DNA of 64,000 bases from Octopus sinensis (Eukaryota), in assembly GCF_006345805.1 (NCBI RefSeq), contig NC_043005.1, positions 87,606,001 through 87,670,000 of the forward strand, written 5' to 3'. Below the pieces are notes generated by a model that made no database searches, was not told the DNA's origin, and saw only the letters and a list, made by a program, of their open reading frames with translations. Below are positions 38,940-51,771 of the stretch, piece after piece. Numbering within the stretch: the stretch's first letter is position 1; each line of letters begins with the position of its first letter. A program made the position numbers and the translations under genes.

Positions 38940-39680
38940 CTATAGGCACAAGGCCAGAAAAGTTGTGAGCGGAGTTTCAGCCGATTAAGTACGAGTCAGA
39001 AACTGGTACTTCAGTTATCGACCCCGAAGGATGAAAGGCAAAAGCGGCCACAGCGGAATTTGAACTCAGAACGTAGTGGCAGATTAAAATACCTATTTCT
39101 TTACTACCCACAAGGGGCTAAACACAGAGACGACAAACAAGGACAGACAAACGGATTAAGTCGATTAGAGCAACCCCAGCGCGTAACTGGTACTTATTTA
39201 ATCGACCCCGAAAGGATAAAAGGCAAAGTCGACCTCGGCGGAATTTGAACTCAGAACGTAAAGGCAGACGAAATACCTATTTCTTTACTACCCACAAGGG
39301 GCTAAACACAGAGGAGACAATCAAGGACAAACGGATTAAGTCGATTACATTGACCTCAGTGTGTAACTGGTACTTATTTAACCGACCCCGAAAGGATAAA
39401 AGGCAAAGTCGACCTCGGCGGAATTTGAACTCAGAACGTAAAGGCAGACGAAATACCTATTTCTTTACTACCCACAAGGGGCTAAACACAGAGGAGACAA
39501 TCAAGGACAAACGGATTAAGTCGATTACATTGACCTCAGTGTGTAACTGGTACTTATTTAACCGACCCCGAAAGAAGGAAAGGCAAAGTCGACGTCGGCG
39601 GAATTTGAACTCAGAACGTAGCGGCAGACGAAATACCGCTAAGCATTTCGCCCGGTCTGCTAACGTTTCTGCAAATCGCC
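38940..39680 (-). mobile_element. Tandem array of four Meta-like SINE units (~180 bp period)
   Basis: Units repeat at about 39090, 39275 and 39455; two adjacent units are almost identical. Confidence 0.92.
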
Positions 39681-39999
39681 ACCACATATATTTTTTTCTT
39701 TATTGTAATATAACAGACCACGCATTTATGCACATACATACACACACGCATATATACACACACGCATACATATATACACACACACACAAATACACACACA
39801 TACATGTACATACTCAAACACATAAACACATACACGCACACACACATATATATATACATATACACACATATACACGTACACACACACACATACACATATA
39901 TAAACACCAACCTACACACACACATACATACATATAAATGGTAGTGCACATTATATGTGTGTGTGTTTATGTGTGTGTCCACGTGCGCATGCGTGTGGG

Positions 40000-40560
40000 C
40001 GTGAAGACCGACAACGCCACTGACTCCTGCTGAATCTTTTGCACCCATGGTAACATGAGATATTTCCTCATTTTCCACTTTACAATAGTGTTTTGCTACG
40101 AATCAGGAGTGCTTTCTTGGCTCGTAATATCATCTTAGTTTCTTTGTTTTTCATTGCTGTGATTGATTTCGTAAATTTCAGATTTGCAGTAGGCTTTGGC
40201 ATGGATATTTCTGCCTCACAGACCTCATTGACAAACTGGAAGGAAAAGCACTTATTTTTGTTATTTGAGATCTTCACGAACCATTGAATTATTTGTGTAT
40301 TCCTCCAAAGAAATAAGTTCAGCTGTGTTTTCGCTTTCACTATGAATGTTGCTGACAATCATTCTGTGTCCTTTTTTCTAAAGGCTGTATTAAACCGATG
40401 TGTTCATTTTATTTTTGGGGCTTTTCGTTGTTATTTATGAAGATTTTGGTGTTCGCATATTTACTTCGTTTTCAGTTTTAAACTGGTCGTTATTTTTTCT
40501 TTCTATGTTTTATTTCGCTAAAGAATGCATAGCTTCGTTTTGCGTAGGTGCTGAAACCCG
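40000..40560 (-). pseudogene. Degenerate PLE reverse transcriptase fragment (Naiad-like)
   Basis: 'TQLNLFLWRNTQIIQWF.KI..K.KCF.FQF', 'LKFTKSIT....ETKMILRAKKALLI' and 'HVTMGAKDSAGVSGVVGLH' resemble the PLE RT motif A-B region (DVTMGSxDGAEVCELVGL type). Confidence 0.65.
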
Positions 40561-40774
40561 AAGTAAACAAGAGACTATGAAGTTTCGGGTTCCTGTCATA
40601 TCAAAATTACCCACAAGTTCGGACTACTTCGATGCTGTTGATTTTCAGATTTTGCTACGTTTCTGAAGAATATTTCTTTGCTTGTTGAGGAGTCTCTTGA
40701 TTATCGGTCATATATGAATAAAAATATGACTGCTGCTACAAAGCTGGTGCAGGGTAAAGAGTTAAAGCATTATA

Positions 40775-40836
<62 letters not shown>

Positions 40837-40839
<3 letters not shown>

Positions 40840-41060
40840 AGAGTTTACGAAAAAAAACAAAAGACGAAGACAGGTGGTGTACAAAACAAACAGATGTATT
40901 AGTATAACGCTCAGGAATAGAAAAAGTATTTTACGTTTCGAGCCTACGCTCGAATACAGAAAAGGACACACAAAAAACAAGGAGAGAAAAAAATGTGTGT
41001 AGAGGCTAATGATCTATCATAGCGACTGCCAGACAGAAGGGTCACCCACGAGAGGTAAAA
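40837..41060 (-). mobile_element. PLE-like terminal fragment abutting (TA)n
   Basis: Same family and same junction (TA|GGAGAGTT.ACG) as 12210-12366. Confidence 0.65.
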
Positions 41061-42802
41061 AGTACGGGAGAGGACAAACAGACGTATGTATATATACAGA
41101 CATATATGTATATATAGACAGACACATTCATGTGTGGGTTTATGTGTATGTACAGAAATAGATATGTTTGCACGTATGCAACTGCATCGATGTATGCATT
41201 AATTCACGCGCGCTTTTGCAACAAGATTACATTTTATATTCGTATGTGAATGCATATCCGTACATAACAGAGCAAACACATGTATACTTCAATAACGAAC
41301 GATATAAAAAAAAGAAAGAAAGAAAGAAAAAGACACATGAGTACGACGCCGACACCATTACTACCACGACCATCACCACCGCAACCATCCGAAAATATAA
41401 AATATTCCGATATACAAACAAAATGACGGTAATTCCAAAAAGGAAAACAAAATTTAAAATGTTAAATTTGCAAATGAAACTTAAAAGTGAATAAAGAATT
41501 ATTTTTTGCAAATGTATATATGTGACTCTGTACATGTATGTTTGTATATATGTGTGTATGGATAAATACGTAAATGTGTGTTGTTACACACATACATACA
41601 CATACACATATATACATACAAATATATATTTAATCATCTACATATGCAGGTATATATTTTCTCAGTTATCCCTCTTCCTCTCTCTGTCTCTTCCTATATA
41701 TATATATAGATAGATATGTACCTGTACATGTATGTATGTATACAGACACACATATATATTGTGTAGGTATGTATGTATATACATATACACATATACACAT
41801 ATACATATATACATATGTATAAACATATACATATACATATACACATATACGCATTTCCCTCTGTCTCTCTCTCTCTCTCTCACTGTCTGTCTCTCTCTCT
41901 CTCACTCACCCTCTCTCTCTCTCTCTTTCCTCTCCTTCTCTACCCATCCCTCCTTCTGTTAACTTCAAAAGTTATCTCCTGAGAAATGCCATATTTTCAG
42001 ACTTCGCTATGTATGGAAAGAATTTCTCCATGAAACAAAGGTGCGAGAAATAATCTAAACACTCAAAGAAATGTTTTTCAATATAATCTTCTCTTTCATC
42101 TCGGCATATTTTCCTTTCTTTCTATTCCGTATATTTCGTAGATTTATTATTTTTTCTACTACTTTTCCTATCCTATTTGTTAAGTATTTTCTTGGTGTTT
42201 TGTCGCCATTTTTGTATTTCTATATTTCTGGGTATTTTCTTTTTTGTGCTGTTGTATTAAAATCTTTTTGTTTTAGACTATTCCGCGCTTTCCTTTCTGT
42301 TATTTATTTTCCTTGTTTTGTTCCTTGCATTTTGTTTTCAGTGTAAATTATAATTAAAACGTCCTACATAGTTTGTTTCTGTCTGTTAATGATATAAATT
42401 ACGTTTTTCCCTCTGTATAGATTCTAGCAGTATGCATATGTGTATGTATGTATATATAAAGTGTGACTGTGGTTACATATATTTGTATACACACACACAC
42501 ACACACGCATATATATATGAATATGTGTGTAACTATGTGTTTCTTGAGAGAGAGAGAGAGAGAGAGAGGAGAAGGAGAAGGAGAAACAGGTGAGTAGATA
42601 TAGGTATAAGTATATCAATACTTAATACTTGATCTCTCCCATACATTCTGTAACTGAGTCGCACGTGAATGTGCGCGCATTCGCACAATGCGAACTCACT
42701 TTCACAAACACATACACAAACACAAACCATTTATGTGTTTGTGTGTGCACGTATACATATATACATATATACATGTATGGTATATACATGCCCATATATA
42801 TA

Positions 42803-42821
42803 TGTGTGTATATATACATAC

Positions 42822-42856
<35 letters not shown>

Positions 42857-42979
42857 GACATACGTATATATATATATATATATACATATATATACACACA
42901 CGCATGTATATATATATATATATATATACATGCGTGTGTGTATATATATGTATATATATATATATATATACGTATGTCT

Positions 42980-43015
<36 letters not shown>

Positions 43016-43041
43016 TATATACGTATGTATATATATACATA
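42803..43041. repeat. ~240 bp AT-rich palindrome
   Basis: Non-TA landmarks (CATACG, TGTAGACATACG, ACACACACGCATG) are mirrored about a centre near 42917. Confidence 0.9.
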
Positions 43042-43289
43042 CTGACACCGAATTCAGCAACATATTGGCTGCTTTCTACGTGTAAAATAACTGAAAAGTA
43101 AACCGCCATTCCAATAAGAAAAACGAGTCTAGTCTCCGAAAGAATAAAACAAAAAAAAAAATTATAAATAAATGGAGAAACAGCGACAAGTGATACTACA
43201 ACAATAAGAAAAAACAGGAACAAATAATAACAGAAAAGTAATGATCACACAACAACTGCGGCAAGAATACCGTTAACTTCACGTGATAG

Positions 43290-43416
43290 TCATAATAATA
43301 ATAAAATTAATAATAATAAAATTAATAATAATAATAATGATGATGATGATGATGACAACAACAACAATAATAATAATAATGATGATGATGATGATGATGA
43401 CAACAACAACAACAAC

Positions 43417-43451
<35 letters not shown>

Positions 43452-43520
43452 TAAAAATAATAATGATGATGTTGTTGATGATGATGATGATGATGATGAT
43501 GGTGATAATAATGATAATAT
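43290..43520. repeat. (AAT)/(GAT)/(AAC) trinucleotide mosaic
   Basis: Directly visible. Confidence 0.95.
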
Positions 43521-44334
43521 AAAGAAGAACAAATGTGAAACTGAATGAATATATCTTTATATTGAAAACGTTGAAACCGCCTAAGCCAAAGCTGTAGCTT
43601 TAGTAGAGTGGTGATGGTGGTGTTGGTGGTGCTAGTGCGGCAGGTGGAAGTGATGAAGACAAACAAGACCATCGTGACGACTCTGGTGTTAATGATGATA
43701 ATCAGGATGAGAAGTAGGTAGAGGAGACAAAAACGTCAAGGGCGTTGTTAGAAATTGTGATGATGTACAAGAAAAGAAGACACAGGTATGAGGGGAGGAG
43801 GTACAGCAGCAGCAGTAGCAACAGGAGAAGAAGAAGAAGAAGAAGAAGAAGAAGAAGAAGAAGAAGAACAGCAACAACAACAACAACAACAAAAACAACG
43901 GCATACAAAATCACCAACAACAACAACAACAGTACCAACAACAGCAGCAACCACGACGACGACGACTACGGACAGGAGGATGGCGGATGGTGATGGAGGA
44001 GGAAGTTATTTTATGAAAGAGATAAATGTTTAGACGGAAAAATATCAATATTTATCAGAGAACAATTTTCAATGTTTTGTAGAATAAATTTTCACGTATT
44101 GTTTTTGTGATTCTCCTTTGAAACCCTATTCTTTTTTTTTTATGCCTCACAACTGCACTTTCATATGTTTTGATCAAAAATTTGTTTTGGCCATCTCTCT
44201 GATCTGTTTCTTCCATTTCGATATTTCGTTGAACATCTCACCTGTATTTCAGGTGCATCTTTGCCAAGCATATGATTTACTCTAAGACCGTGGGCCGAAA
44301 AAATTACTGTGTAAAATACTCATAATCCCTTCAA

Positions 44335-44528
44335 ACCTTGACGCAAAGCCAACAATTTCGGGTGAAGAGTACGTTGACTACATTAACCCCAGTTTTGAAT
44401 TGGTACCCGAAAGAATGAAAGGCAAAGTCGACCTCGCCGGAATCAGATCGCAGCACGTAAAAATGGACAAAAAATATCGCTAAGCATTTTGCCTGGAGTG
44501 TTAACGAATCTGCCAGCTCACCGTCTTA
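44335..44528 (-). mobile_element. Meta-like SINE, degenerate
   Basis: ATGAAAGGCAAAGTCGACCTCG...CTGCCAGCTCACCG. Confidence 0.75.
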
Positions 44529-44710
44529 GCAAAACACAACCAATCAAAACTATACAAATAAACAACGGTTTTTAGCCTGAATTAAGCATATATTATTTGC
44601 CGAGAAATTTTACGTCGTAGCAACTGCGACCGGGACACTGCGGAAAATAATACATGTTTAGGTGAAGTTACCACTTTCGGTTTCTGGATTACTAATATTT
44701 GTTATGATAG

Positions 44711-44950
44711 AGGCCCGTGTCTCAGTGGTTAGGCGTGTTACACTCATAATCGTAAGATTCTGTGTTCGATTTCTGGACCTGTCGATGTATTGTGTTCTTG
44801 TGCAAAACACTTCATTTCCCTGTTGTTCCGGTTCACGCAGCTGGCAAAAATGATTTAATCCGGCGATAGACCAGCGTACCATCCGAGTGGCTAATATATA
44901 CTCCACAGAAACAGGAAAACTAGCTTTATGGGCCAATGTATCAGGAGAGA
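44711..44950 (+). mobile_element. CORE-like SINE family B
   Basis: CTCAGTGGTTAG...GTTCGATTTCTGG...TGTTCTTGTGCAAAACACTTCATTTC. Confidence 0.75.
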
Positions 44951-45856
44951 TCTTTGATTCTTTCCTTGAATATGTGTCTTCCAAACTGTAAATATTTCTC
45001 ACCTTTACAAATGCAGAATTCGTCTTAGAGACTATCGTTAGCGAATTCTAATGTAGCTCATATTACACCGTGTAACAAAATTTTTGTCATTGGGGTATTA
45101 CCTCTTATTTCCTATAAAGTCTGAAGAGTGGGTGATATTTCTCTCAAACTATGCTTTCGTTACATTTATGCAAACCCGAAGAATCCCTCACAACAAACAG
45201 TTATGCGGTTCTCCCACTACTTCTGCCCATGATCAAAGATGCACATATTGTCAGCCACTAATGGACATGCCCAACTGGTCAAGGTCAAGCAAATCTGTGT
45301 TATTGAGCACAATATTTGCTATAGCGATATTTCTGCTTTAGCAACTCAGCATTGAATCTGTCTGAAAAGAAATGGAAAAGAAGTCAGTTCCAAAACACTG
45401 ATGACTAAGTGAAAAAAGCAAGTCTGAAGGGAATAGTAGTCGTTTCCTTTGATTTCTAGATAGAAGCAAATAGGAAATAACATTTAATGACCAAAGACCC
45501 CAGAGAGATATATGTCAGCAATATTCGAATGTTCGGGTTGATATAATTGAATTTAACTGTTTTCTAAAATATAGTGACCCCCTTATTGGGATATAATTTC
45601 ACTTCATCGTTTTCACTAAGTTCACCTTTGAGTTTTAAAGTACCAGGAGGGGACAAAAAGCAAAGGCCAATGTCGATGGTGTTTTCTAAATCATCCCTTT
45701 AATATTGCTGCAATAAATCAGAAACCATTATCAAAATCCTCATCATCATCACCTTTGTTTAATGTTATCGTTATTATTTCCTTCACTGTTTATGGACTTT
45801 GAATTATATTTATAACATTTTTCTTGAAATATCCTATTTCATATCCATATATATAC

Positions 45857-45931
<75 letters not shown>

Positions 45932-46399
45932 TTTATAATTATAATACGGCACATATTGTACCAGAATCATTGTGAAAAATCATTGTCGAATAATCCTATA
46001 AAATAAAAAAAAAACATCAATCACTGGAAATGTAACATGCACAAGAGAAGCCGGACTACGAACAAAGAAACTAATTTACTATCTCGGTAGAAAGGCGTAG
46101 AAAAGGATATTGCTGGATCAATATATTTCGAATTTTGAGAGTTTAGCTCCCTTAATTCTCATCAGCTGGTCTCACAATATATCTAGGGCTAAAAACGTTG
46201 CTGGTTTCTCTGTGCTTCCTAACCGTTGAATTCAAGCTAACCCCAAATTCAAAAACCGTAGTAATATATATAATCAGTATATGATTTTATGATTTAACTT
46301 ATTAAAAACAGTTCCACAAATTAATTCATATTTATGTAATGGAGGAGATTAGATGTTAAAATGGATTATAGTTATTATTACTCATGTTTCTATAAACTT

Positions 46400-46700
46400 A
46401 GATATGTTTCGACCAAAGATTGGTCCAAGCCATGTCTAACTTAATAGCACCACCTGATAGGATTATTCGAATCCTGTTTAAGTCAAGTTTTGTTTAAGTC
46501 AAGTTTTGTTCAAGTAGTGATTTCTTGTTGGGGGAGTTGTATCCAATTATGGGTGGCTTATCCAGTATTCCTTGAAGAAATCTGTCCAGACTCCGTTTAA
46601 AGTTGATGGGATCCTTTTCTTTTTTGATCTCCCTTGGGACAATGTTAAATAGGGCAGGGCCTGTTGAGGAAAAGAAATTATGTTGCAGTGTACATGTATG
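46400..46700 (-). mobile_element. CR1-like LINE 3' end
   Basis: 'HNFFSSTGPALFNIVPREIK....INFKRSLDRFLQGILDKP', similar to the GPQLFNILP motif at the window end. Confidence 0.75.
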
Positions 46701-47025
46701 TTGTGATCTTTCATGCAAAAAAAAAAACAGAAATATTTATAATAGAAAATCGGAACGGTCAAATTATTATTCGTCGGTAGCTTGGATAAAAACTAAAAAA
46801 GACGTTAGAAGTACATAGATTTTCTGTTAGTAATCGTATTGTAATAATGTGTTCGTTCTTGGAGTCATGCCTATTTAAACAAGACACTTGTTTTTAGGTA
46901 CGGCCATCTGGTAGGTTCCAAGTTCACAACTGATGCTGGAGCTAGGGATCTGTAATAAGCTTCCGAAACAGCATGTATATATTAAAGGAAGATGGAAAAC
47001 AAAACCTGCCTATTATTATATTTAA

Positions 47026-47080
<55 letters not shown>

Positions 47081-47086
<6 letters not shown>

Positions 47087-47279
47087 ATAGTAAAAAGTGA
47101 AAAAACTACAGAAGGCTTGTTTTAAAAGGTTAAAAAATATATATTTCAGTCAATATGTCTGAAGAATATTGACTCAAATATATATTTTTTAACCTTTTAA
47201 AACAAGCCTTCTGTAGTTTTTTCACTTTTTACTATTTTCTATATATTCAACCACGTGCTTTCACAAACCAACTTTCTCA

Positions 47280-47281
<2 letters not shown>
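47081..47281. mobile_element. Fold-back (hairpin) insertion in (TA)n, probable PLE terminus
   Basis: 47081-47156 and 47166-47241 are near-perfect inverted arms with a 9-nt loop; only the right arm carries a ~35 bp extra tail. Confidence 0.8.
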
Positions 47282-47329
<48 letters not shown>

Positions 47330-47386
47330 TAAATTCTATTATATTATATATACATACGTGCATGCATATATATATATATATATATG

Positions 47387-47418
<32 letters not shown>

Positions 47419-48047
47419 CATTGACTGCTATTTCCAGTAAATAATGGTGCATTGTTGTACCACTATCCTATATTTATACTTTAACCTGGGAAGTAATACT
47501 ACTGTATCGATCAATTTAACATTTTTTTCTTTGAAAACTTTTTCACTGTTCTCAGTCTGCATTTGGTATTTTGGCTAGGGGAATCTAGTCGAAGAGAACT
47601 ATTCAAATTTACGTTAACAAGTGTAATTTAGAAAGTTTGAAATCTGGGTCCTAGATTATCAACATTTAGACTGTACATATATTTAATGTTCTCCCTACGG
47701 GGAAGATGAAATTTTTTTGCGTTCGTCGCCCGCAAACATCTTTGCCAATATAATATATACAGTGAAGCTTTACTATAGCGTCGTATATTATCGACTGCTA
47801 TTTCCAGTAAATATTGGTGCACTGCTCTAACTCAATCCTATATATATATATCACGTGATCACGTGACCGACCAGGCTATCAGATGTTGCTGCAGATCGCT
47901 GGTCAGAATACGCCTCCACACACACTCACACACACACACACACATACACACACATACACACACAAACACACATACACACACACACATATATATATAATAT
48001 ATAATATATATGTGTGTGTGTGTGTGTATAATATATATATACATATG

Positions 48048-48172
<125 letters not shown>

Positions 48173-49770
48173 TATATTATATATATATACGCGAGAAAGA
48201 AGCAACAAGAATGGATAGGTTTTTAGTACAATCGTTTCATACAAGGACAGGCTTTATTAAAAGTTGCAAAAATTGCAGCATATAACGTGTCCCGTACTCA
48301 TCAAAATAAATACATGTGAGTTCTCTAGACATCCTAGTGGTTGAGGCTATACTCATGAAGTAATGTAGATAATTAAGTAACATAAACAGATTTCCAAAGT
48401 TCATTAAAGTTCTTTAAAGATGATGTATACTCTTATCACAGAATTTTAAAAAAGTTTTAATAGCATCACAGAGAAGGTGACTTAATCCATAGTGTACATA
48501 TGAATTTCCAGAGATATGAGGAGGGATTACATACTCACAGACGACAACTTTATCCATTGCTAATCACAACGAGGTGGGTCTCAATTCCTGCCTATTAGCA
48601 TTACAGAGAGGGTGAATTAATCCTTTGTATAGATGCACAATTTCCAATGGTGTAGGTGTAAATTTCCAGAGAAATGAAGAGGAATTTCATATTCACAGGC
48701 GATAAATTTATCAATGGTTGAACACAATGAGGTAGGTATCAATTCTTGCTATATGATTAGGTATTTGCCACATTAATCACATTACTGCTATTTTCAAGAG
48801 ACTGTAGCTATTTAACTTTTAAAGGCTGAAGGGCTTTCTAGAGAGGCAAAGAACAGAAAAGGGAAGGAAAGAGAAGAAAGAGAGAAAATAAAGGAGGAGA
48901 GAGCAAAAGGGGGGTGACTAAAAGAGAAGAGAAAAGGAAAAAGAAAAAAAAAGAGAGAGAGAAAGAGAAGAAAAAGAAAAAGAGAAAAGAGAAAGAAATA
49001 GGAAAGAAGGGAAAAAAAAAAAGAAAAAAAGAGGGTTCTAGTTATACAGAAGAATTAGTAGACGGCAAGTCTGGTTTTAATTTACAGGCATCTAGGAACT
49101 AGAGGGGAATATTATTCTTTGACCAGTAAAACAGCTAATTTATTGCTGTTGAAAGCAGCTATGAATTTAAAGAGAATCTAAAGAGATAACACGGTCAGGG
49201 GTTTAGGGGTCAAAGGCTAAAATCAAAAGAAAATACATTAGGAAAATCTAAGTATAATCTTATCAAAAGTCATTAAAATTTATTTATTTAATTTATTCAT
49301 TTTACTGTCTTAAGGAGTTGCCGTTATTATTCATACATTGACGGACTACAGGTCAAATCTTAGAAGATCATTTACAAGGTGTTAGGGAATTGTCTATCAT
49401 ATGAAGATAATCATATTATCACCGAGGGAGTAGCCTTATTTATTTAATTTTGAAATAGAATTATGGGGCTTTAGTAACTCATTTTATTTTATTAAAGTTA
49501 TGCTACTTAAATTAGATTAAGTTAAGAATTAAAATTAAAAATAAGATTAAGATTTAAAATTAAGATTTAAAATTATGAGTTTGAAATTAAATAAAGCCTC
49601 AATTAAGCAGCGTATAAGTACTATTCATTTCCCTGTTCTCAAAAAACTGATGCAGATATAAGGAAAAAGATAACTGTAGTGTGAGAACTCTTAGTTATCT
49701 ACTTAAAGCAGTGCTATACTAGTAAAAATCAAGTTATATCTATCTATCTATCTAGTTACGAATATTCTAA

Positions 49771-51354
49771 TCATTTAAAATATTTTAAAGTCTTCAATTT
49801 AGCGTGGACACAAACTTGACCTAGTTCGATATGGTTATTCAATAAGTTTCTATGTTTTCTATGCTTTAGAATTTCATACGTCTCCATGGAGCATAGTTGG
49901 CAACCAACCCTGCTATTTTTATACGGAATTGCTCTCCTAACTATTTCCCAATTAAGGTTATAATTATTATTATTATTTTTGAGTTCCCAGATTTTGTTTG
50001 AAAGTGTGGTGGTACCAGCTTTATGACGTAATTTAAAAGACGAGATGTGATTTCTAACTCTGGCTAGAAAATTAATTGTACATCCAATGTAAAAATATTT
50101 GTTATTCTCCGTGGATATGGTACATTTATAGATTACATTATTTTCCCCGCATAGACCAGGTGCCGGGCATTTTGATTTTATTCTACACTTACACACAGGA
50201 GGAACAACTTCAGGTTTTGGATTATTCTTGGGTAGATGTTTTAGGTTCCTATTATTTTGATTATCATGAGTATAATTGTCCTTATTGTTATTAATATTTC
50301 TATAGTTGGTGCTGAAATCTAAAGTATTGCTATTATTTATTGATCCTTCAGTTTCATCTTTTAGGTCTAAAGTCCTACCATGATTTCTTATATTATTGGT
50401 AATGTTACTATTATTGTTAGTCTTTTTATCCGACTGCATATTGTTGTTATAGATATCAATGATATTTTCATTCTCCTTATTTTCTCCATTAGCCTTATTT
50501 CTATTATTTCTATTATTAACATTATTACTTCTATTAATATCGGTATTGTTATTATTACTATTAATGTTAATGTTATTAGTCATTCTGTGGTTACTAATTT
50601 CACCCATGTTTTGATAGTTTCTATTGCTGTTTTTATTGTTGGTAGTATTATTATAATTGCTATTGGTATTCATGCTGATATTATTATTTTTATTTTTATT
50701 TCTATCTTTCCTAGCTAGTTTAATGTTTTTATTATTAATCTTAGCTATTAAAGTGGACATATTTGGGAGGGTTGAATAAGAAATCCTAACTGTTTTCCTA
50801 GAAATAATTCTATGATATCTATGAGAGATTGGGAAAATTTTTTCCAGAATTACTTTGAATTTGTTCTGTATATCCGATTGTATCGCACAGTTGAAAGGAA
50901 TATTCAGCCATATTATATCTTTTTTATTAAATTTAGGGTTCGTAGAATTATTACTATTCATCTCACCGGAGTTATTGTATTTATTATCATTATTTTTATT
51001 TTTATTTGTGTGCATCTTTGGTTTATCTACTTCGATATTATCCGAGTTACCTATGTTCTGGTCAATGCTTCTATTTGAATTGTTGGGCCTGTACGTTAGA
51101 TTAGCGTTTACCGTTAATTTAATTCTACTTTTATTTCGGGCTTGGTCTGTATTGCTGCTTACGTGATTACTGATAACATCTTTATTAGGAATACGTGAGT
51201 TCTCATTATCAACGAATGTAATCTTTTGGTTGTATCCAGCCTTAGTTAACGCCGCATTATAATGCTCAGAATGGGAGTTAAATATATCCTTATTGGATGA
51301 TAATTTTGAAATTCTTAATGAAATATTTCTTACTAAAGATTCAATTATATTCAA
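49771..51354 (-). CDS. PLE protein C-terminal half: RT thumb, Asn-rich linkers, CxCx5C and GIY-YIG endonuclease
   Basis: 'SLRISKLSSN..IF.....YNAAL..AGY', 'IIWLNIPFN', 'ISYSTLPN', 'CKCRIKSKCP..GLC...NVIYKC....FYIGCT..F..R..NH..SF', 'TLS.KIW.LK', 'CQLC..E', 'LLN'. Confidence 0.9.
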   Translation of the reverse strand: MNIIESLVRNISLRISKLSSNKDIFNSHSEHYNAALTKAGYNQKITFVDNENSRIPNKDVISNHVSSNTDQARNKSRIKLTVNANLTYRPNNSNRSIDQNIGNSDNIEVDKPKMHTNKNKNNDNKYNNSGEMNSNNSTNPKFNKKDIIWLNIPFNCAIQSDIQNKFKVILEKIFPISHRYHRIISRKTVRISYSTLPNMSTLIAKINNKNIKLARKDRNKNKNNNISMNTNSNYNNTTNNKNSNRNYQNMGEISNHRMTNNININSNNNNTDINRSNNVNNRNNRNKANGENKENENIIDIYNNNMQSDKKTNNNSNITNNIRNHGRTLDLKDETEGSINNSNTLDFSTNYRNINNNKDNYTHDNQNNRNLKHLPKNNPKPEVVPPVCKCRIKSKCPAPGLCGENNVIYKCTISTENNKYFYIGCTINFLARVRNHISSFKLRHKAGTTTLSNKIWELKNNNNNYNLNWEIVRRAIPYKNSRVGCQLCSMETYEILKHRKHRNLLNNHIELGQVCVHAKLKTLKYFK

Positions 51355-51680
51355 TTATATTCATCCCTAAATAATTCACCCTCTCTGTAATGCTAATAAG
51401 CAGGAATTGAGACCCACCTCGTTGTGATTAGCAATGGATAAATTTGTCGTCTGTGAGTATGTAATCCCTCCTCATATCTCTGGAAATTCATATGTACACT
51501 ATGGATTAAGTCACCTTCTCTGTGATGCTATTAAAACTTTTTTAAAATTCTGTGATAAGACTATACATCATCTTTAAAGAACTTTAATGAACTTTGGAAA
51601 TCTGTTTATGTTACTTAATTATCTACATTACTTCATGAGTATAGCCTCAACCACTAGGATGTCTAGAGAACTCACATGTA

Positions 51681-51771
51681 TTTTAGCTGATGAGTACGGG
51701 ACACGTTTATATGCTGCAATTTTTGCAACTTTTAATAAAGCCTGTCCTTGTATGAAACGATTGTACTAAAA
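51681..51771 (+). ncRNA. Type I hammerhead ribozyme with long stem II
   Basis: UUUUAG-CUGAUGA-GUAC GGGACA...UGUCCU u GUAU-GAAAC gauu GUA-CUAAAA: 6-bp stem I, intact core, GUA cleavage triplet (cut after 51765). Confidence 0.88.

Noticed and set aside
38940-39680. Regularly spaced repeats resembling a CRISPR array
   Set aside because: The units are whole ~180 bp SINE bodies with no unique spacers, there are no cas genes, and the context is eukaryotic.
49771-51354. Selenoprotein-type PLE
   Set aside because: There is no internal in-frame TGA in the visible ORF and I could not identify a SECIS by eye; a SECIS search of the 3' UTR would be needed.
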